From: Verrucomicrobiota bacterium
GTDB taxonomy: Bacteria > Verrucomicrobiota > Verrucomicrobiia > Limisphaerales > CANJXF01
DNA: 18,354 bases
Assembly: GCA_038214755.1 (NCBI GenBank)
Contig: JBBQRQ010000102.1
Coordinates: forward strand, 1-18,354
Direction: 5' to 3'
Shown piece after piece: positions 7,781-16,298 of the stretch; position 1 is the stretch's first letter, and each line of letters begins with the position of its first letter. Both the position numbers and the translations under genes were made by a program. The notes below the pieces were generated by a model. That model did not search any database. It was not told where the DNA came from and worked only from the letters and a program-made list of their open reading frames with translations.

Positions 7781-8936
7781 ATTTTTTCCGCCAAAGCCGC
7801 GCCAGAATGGTTCCGACGACCAGCGCAATGAGATAACCGTAGGGCAGGGCACTCGCCATCAGCCCGACCAGCAGCGCGAGAAAAAAATCCCGCTTGGAGT
7901 CGGTCATGTCGCGAATCAAAAGCATCAAAGCCAGGCCTTCGAACAAAAGAATCACTCCGAGAATCGGCATCGGAAAAACTTGAATCACATTTTGAAATCC
8001 GCTGCTGAAGAAGAGTCCAATGGTCAGATAGAGCGCTCCGTAAATGATGACCGAGCCTCCCGTGCGCGCGCCAAATGCGTAATGCCCAGCCAGGCCGCCA
8101 GAGCCGTGGCACGTAGGAATTCCTCCGAAAAATGGATTGATTAGATTCATCAGCGAATAGGTGAAGCTGATTTTTTTCAGCGAAGGCGCGCGATCAGAAA
8201 ATAAATCCTGAGCGGTCTGGCGCGCGGCGAGAATGGAATTGCCGATGGATAACGGCACTTGCGGCAACGCCAGCAACAAAAATCCCGCCCAAATATTTTG
8301 CCAGGCCAGTGGGCGAATTTTTGGAACTTTGAAGCCGATTTGCTGCGTGACGGAATACAAATCCAGCTTCACTCGCACCAATGAATAAATCGCCCCCAAA
8401 ATCAAAACGAAAATTGCGCTGGGATATTTTCGATTTTGGTAAAGCAACAAGCTGATGACGAACGCAATCGCCGCCAGCCAATATCCTCCGACGCCTTCGC
8501 GCTGGACATAATCTTTCAGCGCCAAACCGGCGAGTTGCAGACCCAAGCCGAATTGAATTCCGCGCACCACAACTTTTGGGATGACGCGACCCAGCCAATC
8601 GACCAGCCCGGTGACAGTCAGCAACAACATCGTCAGACCAATGGCGAAACCGCCGCCGTAAAGAATTTCGGGCGTGATTTGTTTCGCGGCGCTCTGCGCG
8701 ATGACCATCACCGCGACCGCCTTGAGCGGTTGGACCGCCATGGGCAAACGATAAAAAAATCCGGTGAAAACCTGCATCGCGCCGTAAATAATCAAGACGC
8801 TCACGCTGTCCAAACCGGCGGCGAGAATCATCCCAACGACCAGCGGCAGATCGGTGCCGATGTCGCCAAATGCTCCGGCCAGTTCGTTGCGATCAAAGCG
8901 AATCGGCATTGGCGAAATTTTTTCCGGTAGTTCCAT
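7752..8936 (-). CDS. Putative molybdate/sulfate transporter (MOT1-like family)
   Basis: NELAGAFGDIGT, PMAVQPLK, PQVPLSIGNS and PTCHGSGGLAGHYAFGARTGG motifs, plus many TM helices. Confidence 0.9.
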   Translation of the reverse strand: MELPEKISPMPIRFDRNELAGAFGDIGTDLPLVVGMILAAGLDSVSVLIIYGAMQVFTGFFYRLPMAVQPLKAVAVMVIAQSAAKQITPEILYGGGFAIGLTMLLLTVTGLVDWLGRVIPKVVVRGIQFGLGLQLAGLALKDYVQREGVGGYWLAAIAFVISLLLYQNRKYPSAIFVLILGAIYSLVRVKLDLYSVTQQIGFKVPKIRPLAWQNIWAGFLLLALPQVPLSIGNSILAARQTAQDLFSDRAPSLKKISFTYSLMNLINPFFGGIPTCHGSGGLAGHYAFGARTGGSVIIYGALYLTIGLFFSSGFQNVIQVFPMPILGVILLFEGLALMLLIRDMTDSKRDFFLALLVGLMASALPYGYLIALVVGTILARLWRKKCAADILSAE

Positions 8937-9033
8937 CGACGCAAAAGTTTTTCAACGATTCAGTGCGAAAGCAAAGAGCGATTTGCAGGAATCGTGGGAA
9001 GAGCGCCCAGCAAGGGCGTGCTGCCAATCAAGT

Positions 9034-9131
9034 GGAGCGCGGACAAGCCTTGTCCGCGTATTTCTAAATAGACAAAACCCAAGGCGTTTTTCACTACTTC
9101 GGATTCGCGCGGACAAAGTTTGTCCGCGCTC
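9034..9131. repeat. REP doublet (GGAGCGCGGACA family) in a divergent intergenic region
   Basis: GAGCGCGGACAAGCCTTGTCCGCG (9035-9058) / CGCGGACAAAGTTTGTCCGCGCTC (9108-9131); differences lie only at the palindrome centre. Confidence 0.87.
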
Positions 9132-9221
9132 TTTTCGTTTTTCTTCCTGCGCAGGCGAGACGCACCGCGCTAATTTGATTTTGTCTTTGTCCGGTTTGGG
9201 TTTTTGTTACTTTCGCCCGCG

Positions 9222-9902
9222 ATGGAACAAAAAATTATTTTAGACGGGCTGATTTCTTATTTGTGCCTGGTGATTTTAATTACCTTTCACGAATTCGGAC
9301 ACGCCTGGATGGCGGCGCGGCGGGGAGATGACACCGCCAAATTGCTGGGTCGAATTACTTTAAATCCGCTGGCGCACATGGATTTGTTGGGGACGTTTAT
9401 TTTGCCGTTGCTGGCGGTGTATCTGGCCGCGAGCGGATCGATGCTGGGCCGTTTTGTAATTGGCTGGGGCAAACCAGTTCCGGTCAATTCGGCGAATTTA
9501 AAAAATCGCGGATTCGATTGGGTCCTGATCGCGCTGGCCGGTCCGGCGATGAATGTTTTGCTCGCGATCGTCGCCGTTGCGCTGGCCCGCACGGGAGTTG
9601 TTTTCAATTCGGTTGGCATCGTCGATTTCGGATTTCGCCTCGCGCATTTGAATTTCATTTTATGTTTTTTCAACCTCATACCTGTCCCGCCTCTGGATGG
9701 TTCGCATGTCGCGCGTTATTTCATCGGCATGACCGAAGAAACTTATTTGCGTCTTTGCCAATACGGATTTTTGTTTGTGATCCTAATCATTCAAATTCCT
9801 CAAGTCGGATTGGCTCTTCGATTTCTCACCAACAATTCCATGTTGTTGCTCTCGCAGGTTTTTGGAATCCACTCGCTTTGTTTGCAGTGGCTGTTCGGGT
9901 GA
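9222..9902 (+). CDS. Site-2 protease family (peptidase M50) membrane zinc metalloprotease
   Basis: HEFGH, GRITLNPLAH, GWGKPVPVN, AGPAMN and FNLIPVPPLDG motifs; ATG at 9222. Confidence 0.95.
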   Translation: MEQKIILDGLISYLCLVILITFHEFGHAWMAARRGDDTAKLLGRITLNPLAHMDLLGTFILPLLAVYLAASGSMLGRFVIGWGKPVPVNSANLKNRGFDWVLIALAGPAMNVLLAIVAVALARTGVVFNSVGIVDFGFRLAHLNFILCFFNLIPVPPLDGSHVARYFIGMTEETYLRLCQYGFLFVILIIQIPQVGLALRFLTNNSMLLLSQVFGIHSLCLQWLFG

Positions 9903-9951
9903 GATCAGAGCGGGACAGGGGTTTTTGCTGGTAGCGGAGACGGCGGTTTTT

Positions 9952-10052
9952 TTAACGCAAAGGACGCAGAGTTTTTCGCAGAGGAACGCAGAGTGAGAAT
10001 ATTCCTGCTGAATTGCCTTTTTCTAAACTTCCCTTTGCGACCTCTGCGTTAA
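9952..10052. repeat. Inverted repeat built from short CGCAGAG tandem units
   Basis: TTAACGCAAAGGACGCAGAG (9952-9971) against CTTTGCGACCTCTGCGTTAA (10033-10052), 17/20 complementary. There are four CGCA(A/G)AG units on the left and two inverted units on the right. Confidence 0.7.
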
Positions 10053-10220
10053 GCCGAGAACCCAGTGTATATTTCTATAAAATTCCATCACCCAAATGCA
10101 CCTTGAGTCATTTATTTTCTCTCAGCTTTTCCCCGCTTGAGTTTGGGAGAGCGCTGTTTAATTTATTTTTTGTAAATCAGATTTTCGCGACGTAAAAACT
10201 CCCGTTTCTAAATTGTTTCT

Positions 10221-11900
10221 ATGAGCCTTTCCTTAAAACCGCAGCACCTCAAACGCTACAAAGACATCGCGCTGCTCCTTTTTAAATATGGCAACGCCGA
10301 CATGGTCAATCAGTTTGGCCTGCGCGCCGCGCTCAATGATGACGACGTCACTACCGGCCAGACTTCTCCGCCAGAGGAACTCGCCGACGACCTCGAACGG
10401 ATGGGGCCGACCTTCGTCAAGCTGGGCCAGATTTTATCCAGCCGCGCCGATTTGTTGCCGGAAGTTTATCTGAAGGCGCTGTCGCGTTTGCAGGACAAGG
10501 TCAAGCCATTTTCCTATGAAGAAGTGGAAACGATTGTCACCTCCGAATTGGGCGTGCGCATTTCAAAAGCTTTTTTGCGTTTCGAACGCGAGCCGGCGGC
10601 GGCGGCTTCGTTGGGACAAGTTCACCGAGCCGAATTGCGCGATGGCCGACAGGTTGTCGTCAAAGTGCAACGACCCGGCATTCGTCAAGAGATTGCGCAA
10701 GACCTCGAAGTGCTCGAAGAACTCACGGATTTTTTTGAGCAACACACGAAGATGGGTCGGCAACATCGATTGGTAAAAATTTTCGAGGAGTTTCAAAAAA
10801 CGTTGATCAATGAACTCGATTACACGCGCGAGGCCGCGAATCTTTCGGCGATTGGAGCCAACCTGAGCGAGTTCCCGCGCATCGTGGTGCCTGGCCCCAT
10901 CGCCGATTACACAACGCGAGCGGTGTTGACGATGGATTTTATTCCGGGAAAAAAAATCACCGAGATTCAACCGCTGGAACGAATGGAATTGGACGGCGCG
11001 CCGCTGGCCGATGAACTTTTCCAAGCCTATTTGAAACAAGTTTTGGTCGATGGTTTGTTCCACGCCGACCCGCATCCCGGAAATGTTTTTCTGATGGATG
11101 ACCGCCGCATCGCACTGTTGGATTTGGGAATGGTCGGGCGAACGACTCCCGCCATGCAGGAAAAATTGATCAAGGTCTTAATTGCCATCAGCGAAGGCAA
11201 AGGCGATGAAGCGTCGTCGCTCGTCATCCACATGAGCGAGACCACGCCACAGTTCCAAGAAGCGGAATTTCGCCAGCAGATTTCCGCGATGGTCTCCGAA
11301 CAGCAGGACAACACTCTGGCGAAAATTGATGTGGGACAAATTTTGATGGCCGTGAGCCGAAGCGCCGGAGAAAACGGTTTGTTCGTTCCCATCGAGTTGA
11401 CCTTGCTGGGAAAAACGTTGCTGCAACTCGACCAGATTGGCCGCGGCCTGGATGCTAATTTTAATCCGAACGCGGCCATTCGCCGTCATGTCAGCGACAT
11501 CTTAAATCGCCGGTTGAAAAAAGATCTAACGCCGGGGGCACTGCTGAACTCGGTGCTCGAGTTGAAAGATTTCATCAGCGGTTTGCCGCGGCGAATCAAT
11601 AAAATTTTAGACACGGTGGGCGATTCTGATTTCGAAGTAAAAATCCGCTCGCCGGACACGGTTTTTCTGATGGAAGGATTCCAAAAAATCGCCAATCGCA
11701 TCACGACTGGTTTGATTCTGGCCGCGCTGATTATTGGCGCGGCGTTGTTGATGCAAGTGCGGACATCGTTCGAGATTCTGGGTTATCCAGGATTCGCCAT
11801 GCTCTGCTTCGTCGCGGCAGCGGGGGGTGGGTTTTGGCTGGTGTTGAGTATTTTTTTCAGCGACCAAAAATCCAAACGCAAGCAACGGCGGTCGAAATGA
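10221..11900 (+). CDS. ABC1/AarF/UbiB-family atypical kinase
   Basis: GPTFVKLGQILSSRADLLP, AAASLGQVH, VVKVQRP, ELDY, FHADPHPGN and LDLGMVG motifs; two C-terminal TM helices. Confidence 0.95.
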   Translation: MSLSLKPQHLKRYKDIALLLFKYGNADMVNQFGLRAALNDDDVTTGQTSPPEELADDLERMGPTFVKLGQILSSRADLLPEVYLKALSRLQDKVKPFSYEEVETIVTSELGVRISKAFLRFEREPAAAASLGQVHRAELRDGRQVVVKVQRPGIRQEIAQDLEVLEELTDFFEQHTKMGRQHRLVKIFEEFQKTLINELDYTREAANLSAIGANLSEFPRIVVPGPIADYTTRAVLTMDFIPGKKITEIQPLERMELDGAPLADELFQAYLKQVLVDGLFHADPHPGNVFLMDDRRIALLDLGMVGRTTPAMQEKLIKVLIAISEGKGDEASSLVIHMSETTPQFQEAEFRQQISAMVSEQQDNTLAKIDVGQILMAVSRSAGENGLFVPIELTLLGKTLLQLDQIGRGLDANFNPNAAIRRHVSDILNRRLKKDLTPGALLNSVLELKDFISGLPRRINKILDTVGDSDFEVKIRSPDTVFLMEGFQKIANRITTGLILAALIIGAALLMQVRTSFEILGYPGFAMLCFVAAAGGGFWLVLSIFFSDQKSKRKQRRSK

Positions 11901-11977
11901 TAGGAAAGATTTTTCCTCGGAAAATCGTGATCGGGCAATTGCCGGTGCGATATTAACGGGCGGTCAGTTGTTCAGTT

Positions 11978-12129
11978 GTAGCGCAGGATTGCATCCTGCC
12001 GTATCGCAGGTTTTCAACCTGCGAAATGCCGTCGGGAACGGGAGACTTTCGTGAACCAAAGACTTTCTCTCTTTGCGACGTTCAGCCGGTTTCAAACCGG
12101 CGCTACAGCAGGATGCAATCCTGCGCTAC
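11978..12129. repeat. GTAG-type REPIN-like element with four hairpins (same family as 5252-5359)
   Basis: Perfect 22-bp terminal IR, GTAGCGCAGGATTGCATCCTGC (11978-11999) / GCAGGATGCAATCCTGCGCTAC (12108-12129). Inner palindromes GCAGG-TTTTCAA-CCTGC and GCCGG-TTTCAAA-CCGGC. Confidence 0.92.
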
Positions 12130-12139
12130 GTGGCGCGTC

Positions 12140-12179
12140 TTGACCCGGTCGGGACGAAAGTCATACTCTCGGATATGAC
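12140..12179 (+). promoter_or_regulatory. Putative sigma70 promoter and operator palindrome of the TA operon
   Basis: TTGACC (12140-12145), 16-nt spacer, CATACT (12162-12167). The inverted repeat GTCATA-N8-TATGAC (12160-12179) overlaps the -10 box and the ATG. Confidence 0.55.
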
Positions 12180-12450
12180 CAAAACTGAAGAAAAGAAAAC
12201 CAAAACGATTTCCGTGAAATTTCCGGTGCGCGATTTGCACAAAATCCCTGGCAACTTCAGCCAATTTTTTCGCGACGCTGCTTACGAGAAGTTTAAACGG
12301 ATGGAACAACCCAAGTGGAAACCGAAAACCGCGCTGGGCAAAAAGTTAATGATGGCGCGCCAGAAATTTATCAAATCAGGTGGAGAGCTTTTGGACTCCG
12401 ATGGCATCGCCAGAGAACTGCGTGAAAGGTCAGGAGGTTTGCGTGATTAA
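12175..12450 (+). CDS. Putative antitoxin (ribbon-helix-helix-like N-terminus)
   Basis: 91-aa basic protein with an alternating strand (KTISVKFP) followed by helices (NFSQFFRDA) and a C-terminal PKTALGKKL..GELLDSDGIAREL segment. It overlaps the PIN gene by 8 nt. Confidence 0.72.
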   Translation: MTKTEEKKTKTISVKFPVRDLHKIPGNFSQFFRDAAYEKFKRMEQPKWKPKTALGKKLMMARQKFIKSGGELLDSDGIARELRERSGGLRD

Positions 12451-12847
12451 AACGTTTTTGGATTCGGGCGTTTTAATGGCCGCCTGGCGTGGAACTGAGG
12501 ATCAAGCCAGCGCCGCACTGTCCTGCATGGAAGATGCGAACCGCGAATTTTACACCGCGCAAATGGTGAAATTGGAACTGTTGCCCAAAGCCCATTTTTA
12601 TCACAAGCCGGGCGAACTGGAAATTTACGAGCCGCATTTCGCCCGGACAAAAAAGGAGGAACCTTTAAGCGAATCTCTCGGTCGCGATGCTATGAGGCTC
12701 GCCAAAAAGCACGGTGTGTCCGCCGCCGATGCGCTGAACATCGCCGCGGCCATTCGACTGGGCGTGGAAGAGTTTTTCACGAGCGAACATTCCCAAAAGC
12801 CATTATTCCGAGTGCCAGGAATCAAAGTGATTTCTATCGCCAGCTAG
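12443..12847 (+). CDS. vapC: PIN-domain toxin (VapC-like)
   Basis: GTG at 12443 preceded by AGGAGG (12432-12437). Motifs FLDSGVL, KLELL, SAADALNIAAA and FFTSE give the PIN acidic-residue pattern; 134 aa. Confidence 0.88.
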   Translation: MIKTFLDSGVLMAAWRGTEDQASAALSCMEDANREFYTAQMVKLELLPKAHFYHKPGELEIYEPHFARTKKEEPLSESLGRDAMRLAKKHGVSAADALNIAAAIRLGVEEFFTSEHSQKPLFRVPGIKVISIAS

Positions 12848-12869
12848 TTTCGCGAAAAAATTCGCGAAA
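12848..12869. terminator. Hairpin between convergent genes, possible terminator
   Basis: TTTCGCGAA-AAAA-TTCGCGAAA: a 9-bp stem directly after the PIN gene stop. The stem is weak and has no long U tract. Confidence 0.35.
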
Positions 12870-12895
12870 GGTTGCGAGCGAAAAACTCATTCTTC

Positions 12896-14182
12896 TCACT
12901 GACTGCCTCTCCCCATTTCCGGCACGAGCGGCTGGGTCCAGGCGCGCTCAACTTCTCCCTTGATGGGGCTGATTTTTGGTTTGGATGAAATGACTCGGGC
13001 GCGCACATAAATTTCGTCGCCGCTCAATTTGTAGCTCGCCGACGTTCCTGTCACTTCCGCCAACACGACGCCGACCTCTTTGCTGTAGCGATGCGTGACA
13101 CGCAATGCGGCGCCGCTTTCCGTTCGCAACGGCTCGTGGCTCGGATCAAATCCACGGCGGGTTCCGATAAACTGCGTGGTGTAAGTGATGTTTTTCTCCG
13201 GCTCGATTTCCACCGAATAGATTTTGGGGCCGCGTTGAATATTTTTTATTTTCACCCCACTCGACGCGTAAAAATCTCCCGCTTCCATCGCCGCGATCAA
13301 CGATTTGGCGGACAATTCTTTCGCTTGAACCATGACCCAGCCGCGACCGGGATTATTTTGTTTGTTACCGAAAGATTGATAGTTATGCGAATCATCCGTG
13401 CCCAAACCGAAGAGCGGTTCGAGATGCAATTCGGCGATTCGTTTGGTCAACAAAATATCCCAGACGCGATCCGTGCTGGCGTGAATGTCATCGCCGTCGT
13501 TATGCACGCCGGGATGGCCGTTATAAACTTCAAAAAATTGTTCCCCTTTCACGGGCAGAATTTCTTCAGCGGTCACGCCCCATTGCCAGTTGGGATGATT
13601 CAAGTGCGGGAACATGGGTTGGCCCGTTCGTTGTCGCTGCTCCAACACGGCGTTGACATTATTTTGAATCACCTCGGTCACGCTGTCGCCGCCTTGTGGT
13701 TTGATCGCTTCGCGCAAATTGATCGCGCCCATATGCACGGGAGATGAGAGATGGCGATCACTGACTTCCTCGCCGGGCATCAGAAGAAATTTCTTTGGCT
13801 CTTCAAATAGTTTTCGAAATTCCAAAAAAGTTTTCAGGCGAACTTCTGTTGCGCCATTAGTCTCGCGTTGTTCCACCCTGTTTGGGCCGAAACGTTTGAG
13901 GTAGCGCGCGAATCCGTTTGTGCCCGCCTTGTTTGTCGCGACGCTCGTCCAGCGTTCCTGCTGTTGAATGACATTGTGATCTGACAGGACGAGGAACTGA
14001 TAACCGTTCGTTTTATACCAATCGACGATCATCTCCGGATAGTCGTCGCCATCACTCCACAAGCTATGGGTGTGAAGATTTCCTTTGAACCATTGCGTCG
14101 GAGTTTCGGCGCGACCGAGATGGAGGAAAAGCACAGTGAACGTGACGACGAAAGAGGAAACGAATTGTGAAAAATATTTCAT
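12896..14182 (-). CDS. Secreted PHP-domain metallohydrolase (histidinol-phosphatase/CehA-McbA-like)
   Basis: Signal peptide; KGNLHTHSLWSDG, SDHN, GEE, NHP, EVYNGH and TDDSH metal-binding motifs. Confidence 0.88.
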   Translation of the reverse strand: MKYFSQFVSSFVVTFTVLFLHLGRAETPTQWFKGNLHTHSLWSDGDDYPEMIVDWYKTNGYQFLVLSDHNVIQQQERWTSVATNKAGTNGFARYLKRFGPNRVEQRETNGATEVRLKTFLEFRKLFEEPKKFLLMPGEEVSDRHLSSPVHMGAINLREAIKPQGGDSVTEVIQNNVNAVLEQRQRTGQPMFPHLNHPNWQWGVTAEEILPVKGEQFFEVYNGHPGVHNDGDDIHASTDRVWDILLTKRIAELHLEPLFGLGTDDSHNYQSFGNKQNNPGRGWVMVQAKELSAKSLIAAMEAGDFYASSGVKIKNIQRGPKIYSVEIEPEKNITYTTQFIGTRRGFDPSHEPLRTESGAALRVTHRYSKEVGVVLAEVTGTSASYKLSGDEIYVRARVISSKPKISPIKGEVERAWTQPLVPEMGRGSQ

Positions 14183-14218
14183 CGGTAGTTTTTACTTTGA
14201 TTCCGAAAACGTAAATCG

Positions 14219-14303
14219 GGAGAGCGAGACTCCGTCGAGTTCCATTTTTAAAAAGCGGGCGCAACAGGAAAAGGTCAGAACTCGACCGGAGTCTCGCTCT
14301 ACC
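14219..14303. repeat. REP doublet (GTAGAGCGAGACTCC family)
   Basis: AGAGCGAGACTCCGTCGAGTT (14221-14241) / AACTCGACCGGAGTCTCGCTCT-ACC (14279-14303); IR with a 1-nt bulge and GGTAG on the minus strand. Confidence 0.85.
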
Positions 14304-14336
14304 GTTGTCATTGTCCGTTTCGTAAAAAAATTTTAG

Positions 14337-14603
14337 TTATTTGGGAGTCTCCGTCGAGTTGGTGCTTGGAACACCTTTTGTCTTCGGGGGCAATTCTGTT
14401 GTTGTTCCCGATTGGCCGACGTTTCGGCTTGAGCTGGCCTGATTAGGATCGCTTGATTGACTTTGCGAACCGAGCGGCTCCTTCATGATTCCCGATTGAG
14501 AAGCACCGCGTTTCTCATCGGATGATGCGCGATCCGAACGCCAGTTTTCGCAACCCGCGACCAGTAACACGATGGACGCGACCAAGCCTAAATTTTTTTT
14601 CAT
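14337..14603 (-). CDS. Small lipoprotein with a low-complexity Ser/Thr/Gln-rich tail
   Basis: MKKNLGLVASIVLLVAGC gives a lipobox (VAGC); ATG at 14603 with upstream AAAGGA; 88 aa. Confidence 0.75.
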   Translation of the reverse strand: MKKNLGLVASIVLLVAGCENWRSDRASSDEKRGASQSGIMKEPLGSQSQSSDPNQASSSRNVGQSGTTTELPPKTKGVPSTNSTETPK

Positions 14604-14911
14604 CTGAATTCCTTTGATCGACTTTTGCGTGAACGAAATAAAAGACAAGACATAAACCCGCTTTCGAACGTCAGCAGTCAAGCGTTTAAATTAATTGTTG
14701 GCGAACATATTCCTCCCTCGAAGCGATCAATGTTTCACCCAGTGAAGTGGCGGCGCCTACCCGGGCAAATTACTCGTTTCTTCCTGCACCGCGGTGATGT
14801 TTTGTCGCTGGAAAAACTTGAGGCGCTGGCGCGCCAATTGACATAAAAATATTTGCGGTGGCCTGAAGTTGCGGTGAATAAACTGAACGAAGAATTTCTG
14901 TGGTCGTCGTT

Positions 14912-15943
14912 CTACGCGCCCATGCCCTCCTCAAATGATCCCGCTGCAATCGGAAAACAAAGATTGTCGCGCACGAATTGAATTCCATTTGCGCTCGTTG
15001 CATCCAGGTCGCGATAGGCACTTTCGGCTTCGACGACGAGCGGTGCCGTTTGCGTGCCCATCACTTGGCGATAACGTTGCGGGTAGCCGCATTGGATCAT
15101 CAACTCGGCGTAGCGCGTCATGTTCAAATCGCCGGAAGGAATATCGCAAAACTGCATGCCGCGTTTCTGCCAGTTCGGTTCCATCATGCGAACCGGAATG
15201 CCTTTGCGGATGGCAAAATTTTTCACGTGGCAACCGTAAATTCTCGGAGCAACTTTCAAAAAGCGCGTCTCAAAATCTTCGCCTTCCCAACAGTGCGAGG
15301 GATCGGCATTGACGCCGAGACATTTGTCGCCGTCGCAAATAGTCACGAGCAGGTTGAAATCATCCGCCGTCATCGCCGCTGTGCCGCCATGAATTTCGTG
15401 CGCGAGAAAAATGCCAAGCTTGTTCGCGCGCTCGCGGAGCTTCGCCGTTTTTTTTACGAAACGTTCTTTGCCTTTTTCAATCAAATCGTAATCGCCGCCT
15501 TTCCAAAATCCCCACGGATAACCGGTGGCCAATTCCCAGCCGAACGCCACGCCCCAGAACATCGGAAGAATTTTCACGCCGAGATTTGCGGAAAGATTCA
15601 TCAGCCGCAGAAGATAATCTTCGCACCACGCTTCGATTGCCGTGGAAGATTTCTTCGCGACATCCGGCGGGAGAAAGGGTCGAATCGTCGGGCTGTTTGT
15701 CCACGCGGTGGTGTGAACCCAAAACGGGCAGTGGCACGAAATGCCGTCGAGCTTCATCTCGCGCTCAGCAAAAATATCTTTAATCTGCTGCGCGGTTTTA
15801 AAACGCTTGCCGTCCTGGAGCATGAAGTTGGACGGTTGCGCGCCGGTTGCGCCAGAGGTTTTGGCGTAATCCAGAAATTGTTCGAGGGTTTTCGCGCCAT
15901 GTTGCGCGCCTTCGACGCTGGGGTGAAAAAGAGGTTGTGCCAT
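14912..15943 (-). CDS. Sugar phosphate isomerase/epimerase (xylose-isomerase-like TIM barrel)
   Basis: AHEIH, NADPSH, HVKN, G.GDLN and VEAE motifs of the AP_endonuc_2/IolE-like family. Start is ATG 15943 or 15976. Confidence 0.87.
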   Translation of the reverse strand: MAQPLFHPSVEGAQHGAKTLEQFLDYAKTSGATGAQPSNFMLQDGKRFKTAQQIKDIFAEREMKLDGISCHCPFWVHTTAWTNSPTIRPFLPPDVAKKSSTAIEAWCEDYLLRLMNLSANLGVKILPMFWGVAFGWELATGYPWGFWKGGDYDLIEKGKERFVKKTAKLRERANKLGIFLAHEIHGGTAAMTADDFNLLVTICDGDKCLGVNADPSHCWEGEDFETRFLKVAPRIYGCHVKNFAIRKGIPVRMMEPNWQKRGMQFCDIPSGDLNMTRYAELMIQCGYPQRYRQVMGTQTAPLVVEAESAYRDLDATSANGIQFVRDNLCFPIAAGSFEEGMGA

Positions 15944-16069
15944 ATTTTTTTTGGGTTTGTTGTTGGCGTTGAGCATTAGCGAGGTTGGAAAACGAAAGCA
16001 ACGGGAAATCCGGGCAAGGTTAGATAAAGGGTGTGATCAAAAGCGGTTGAGGCGGGATTTTGGTTTCCT

Positions 16070-16192
16070 TGGACTGCGGCGGCATGACGCCGCTTTTCCT
16101 GCGCGTGACGCCATGGAGGAAGCGCTCAACCTGAAGAACCTTTCCGGCTTTTCCACCGTGCAGCCAAAGCGGGGACGTGTCCCCGCAGTCCA
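16070..16192. repeat. REP doublet (TGGACTGCGG...CCGCTTT family)
   Basis: TGGACTGCGGCGGCATGACGCCGCTTT (16070-16096) / AAAGCGGGGACGTGTCCCCGCAGTCCA (16166-16192). The flanks are complementary and each arm folds on its own with a different inner stem. Confidence 0.85.
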
Positions 16193-16298
16193 GATACGAT
16201 CAGTTCCAACCTCCCCCCTTTTTAATCACACCCTTGGATATCGAGATAATACTTTCGCTTTCGGCCTCGCAAACAGGTAATGATGTTCAAACTTTTTC

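Noticed and set aside
5356..8936. Oxyanion (Se/Te/Mo) detoxification cluster from the TPMT gene plus the MOT transporter
   Set aside because: The genes are separated by an oppositely oriented GH43, with no operon link or shared regulator evident.
8940..9130. Possible Moco/tungsten riboswitch upstream of the molybdate transporter
   Set aside because: The main structure is explained by the REP doublet, and I cannot see the riboswitch consensus. An Infernal search with the Rfam MOCO model would be decisive.
14827..14842. Sigma54-like TGGCGCG-N4-TTGA
   Set aside because: It lacks the -12 GC and points antisense into the 3' end of a gene.
14978..15979. 333-aa plus-strand ORF
   Set aside because: It is an antisense shadow of the sugar isomerase gene with no recognisable motifs.
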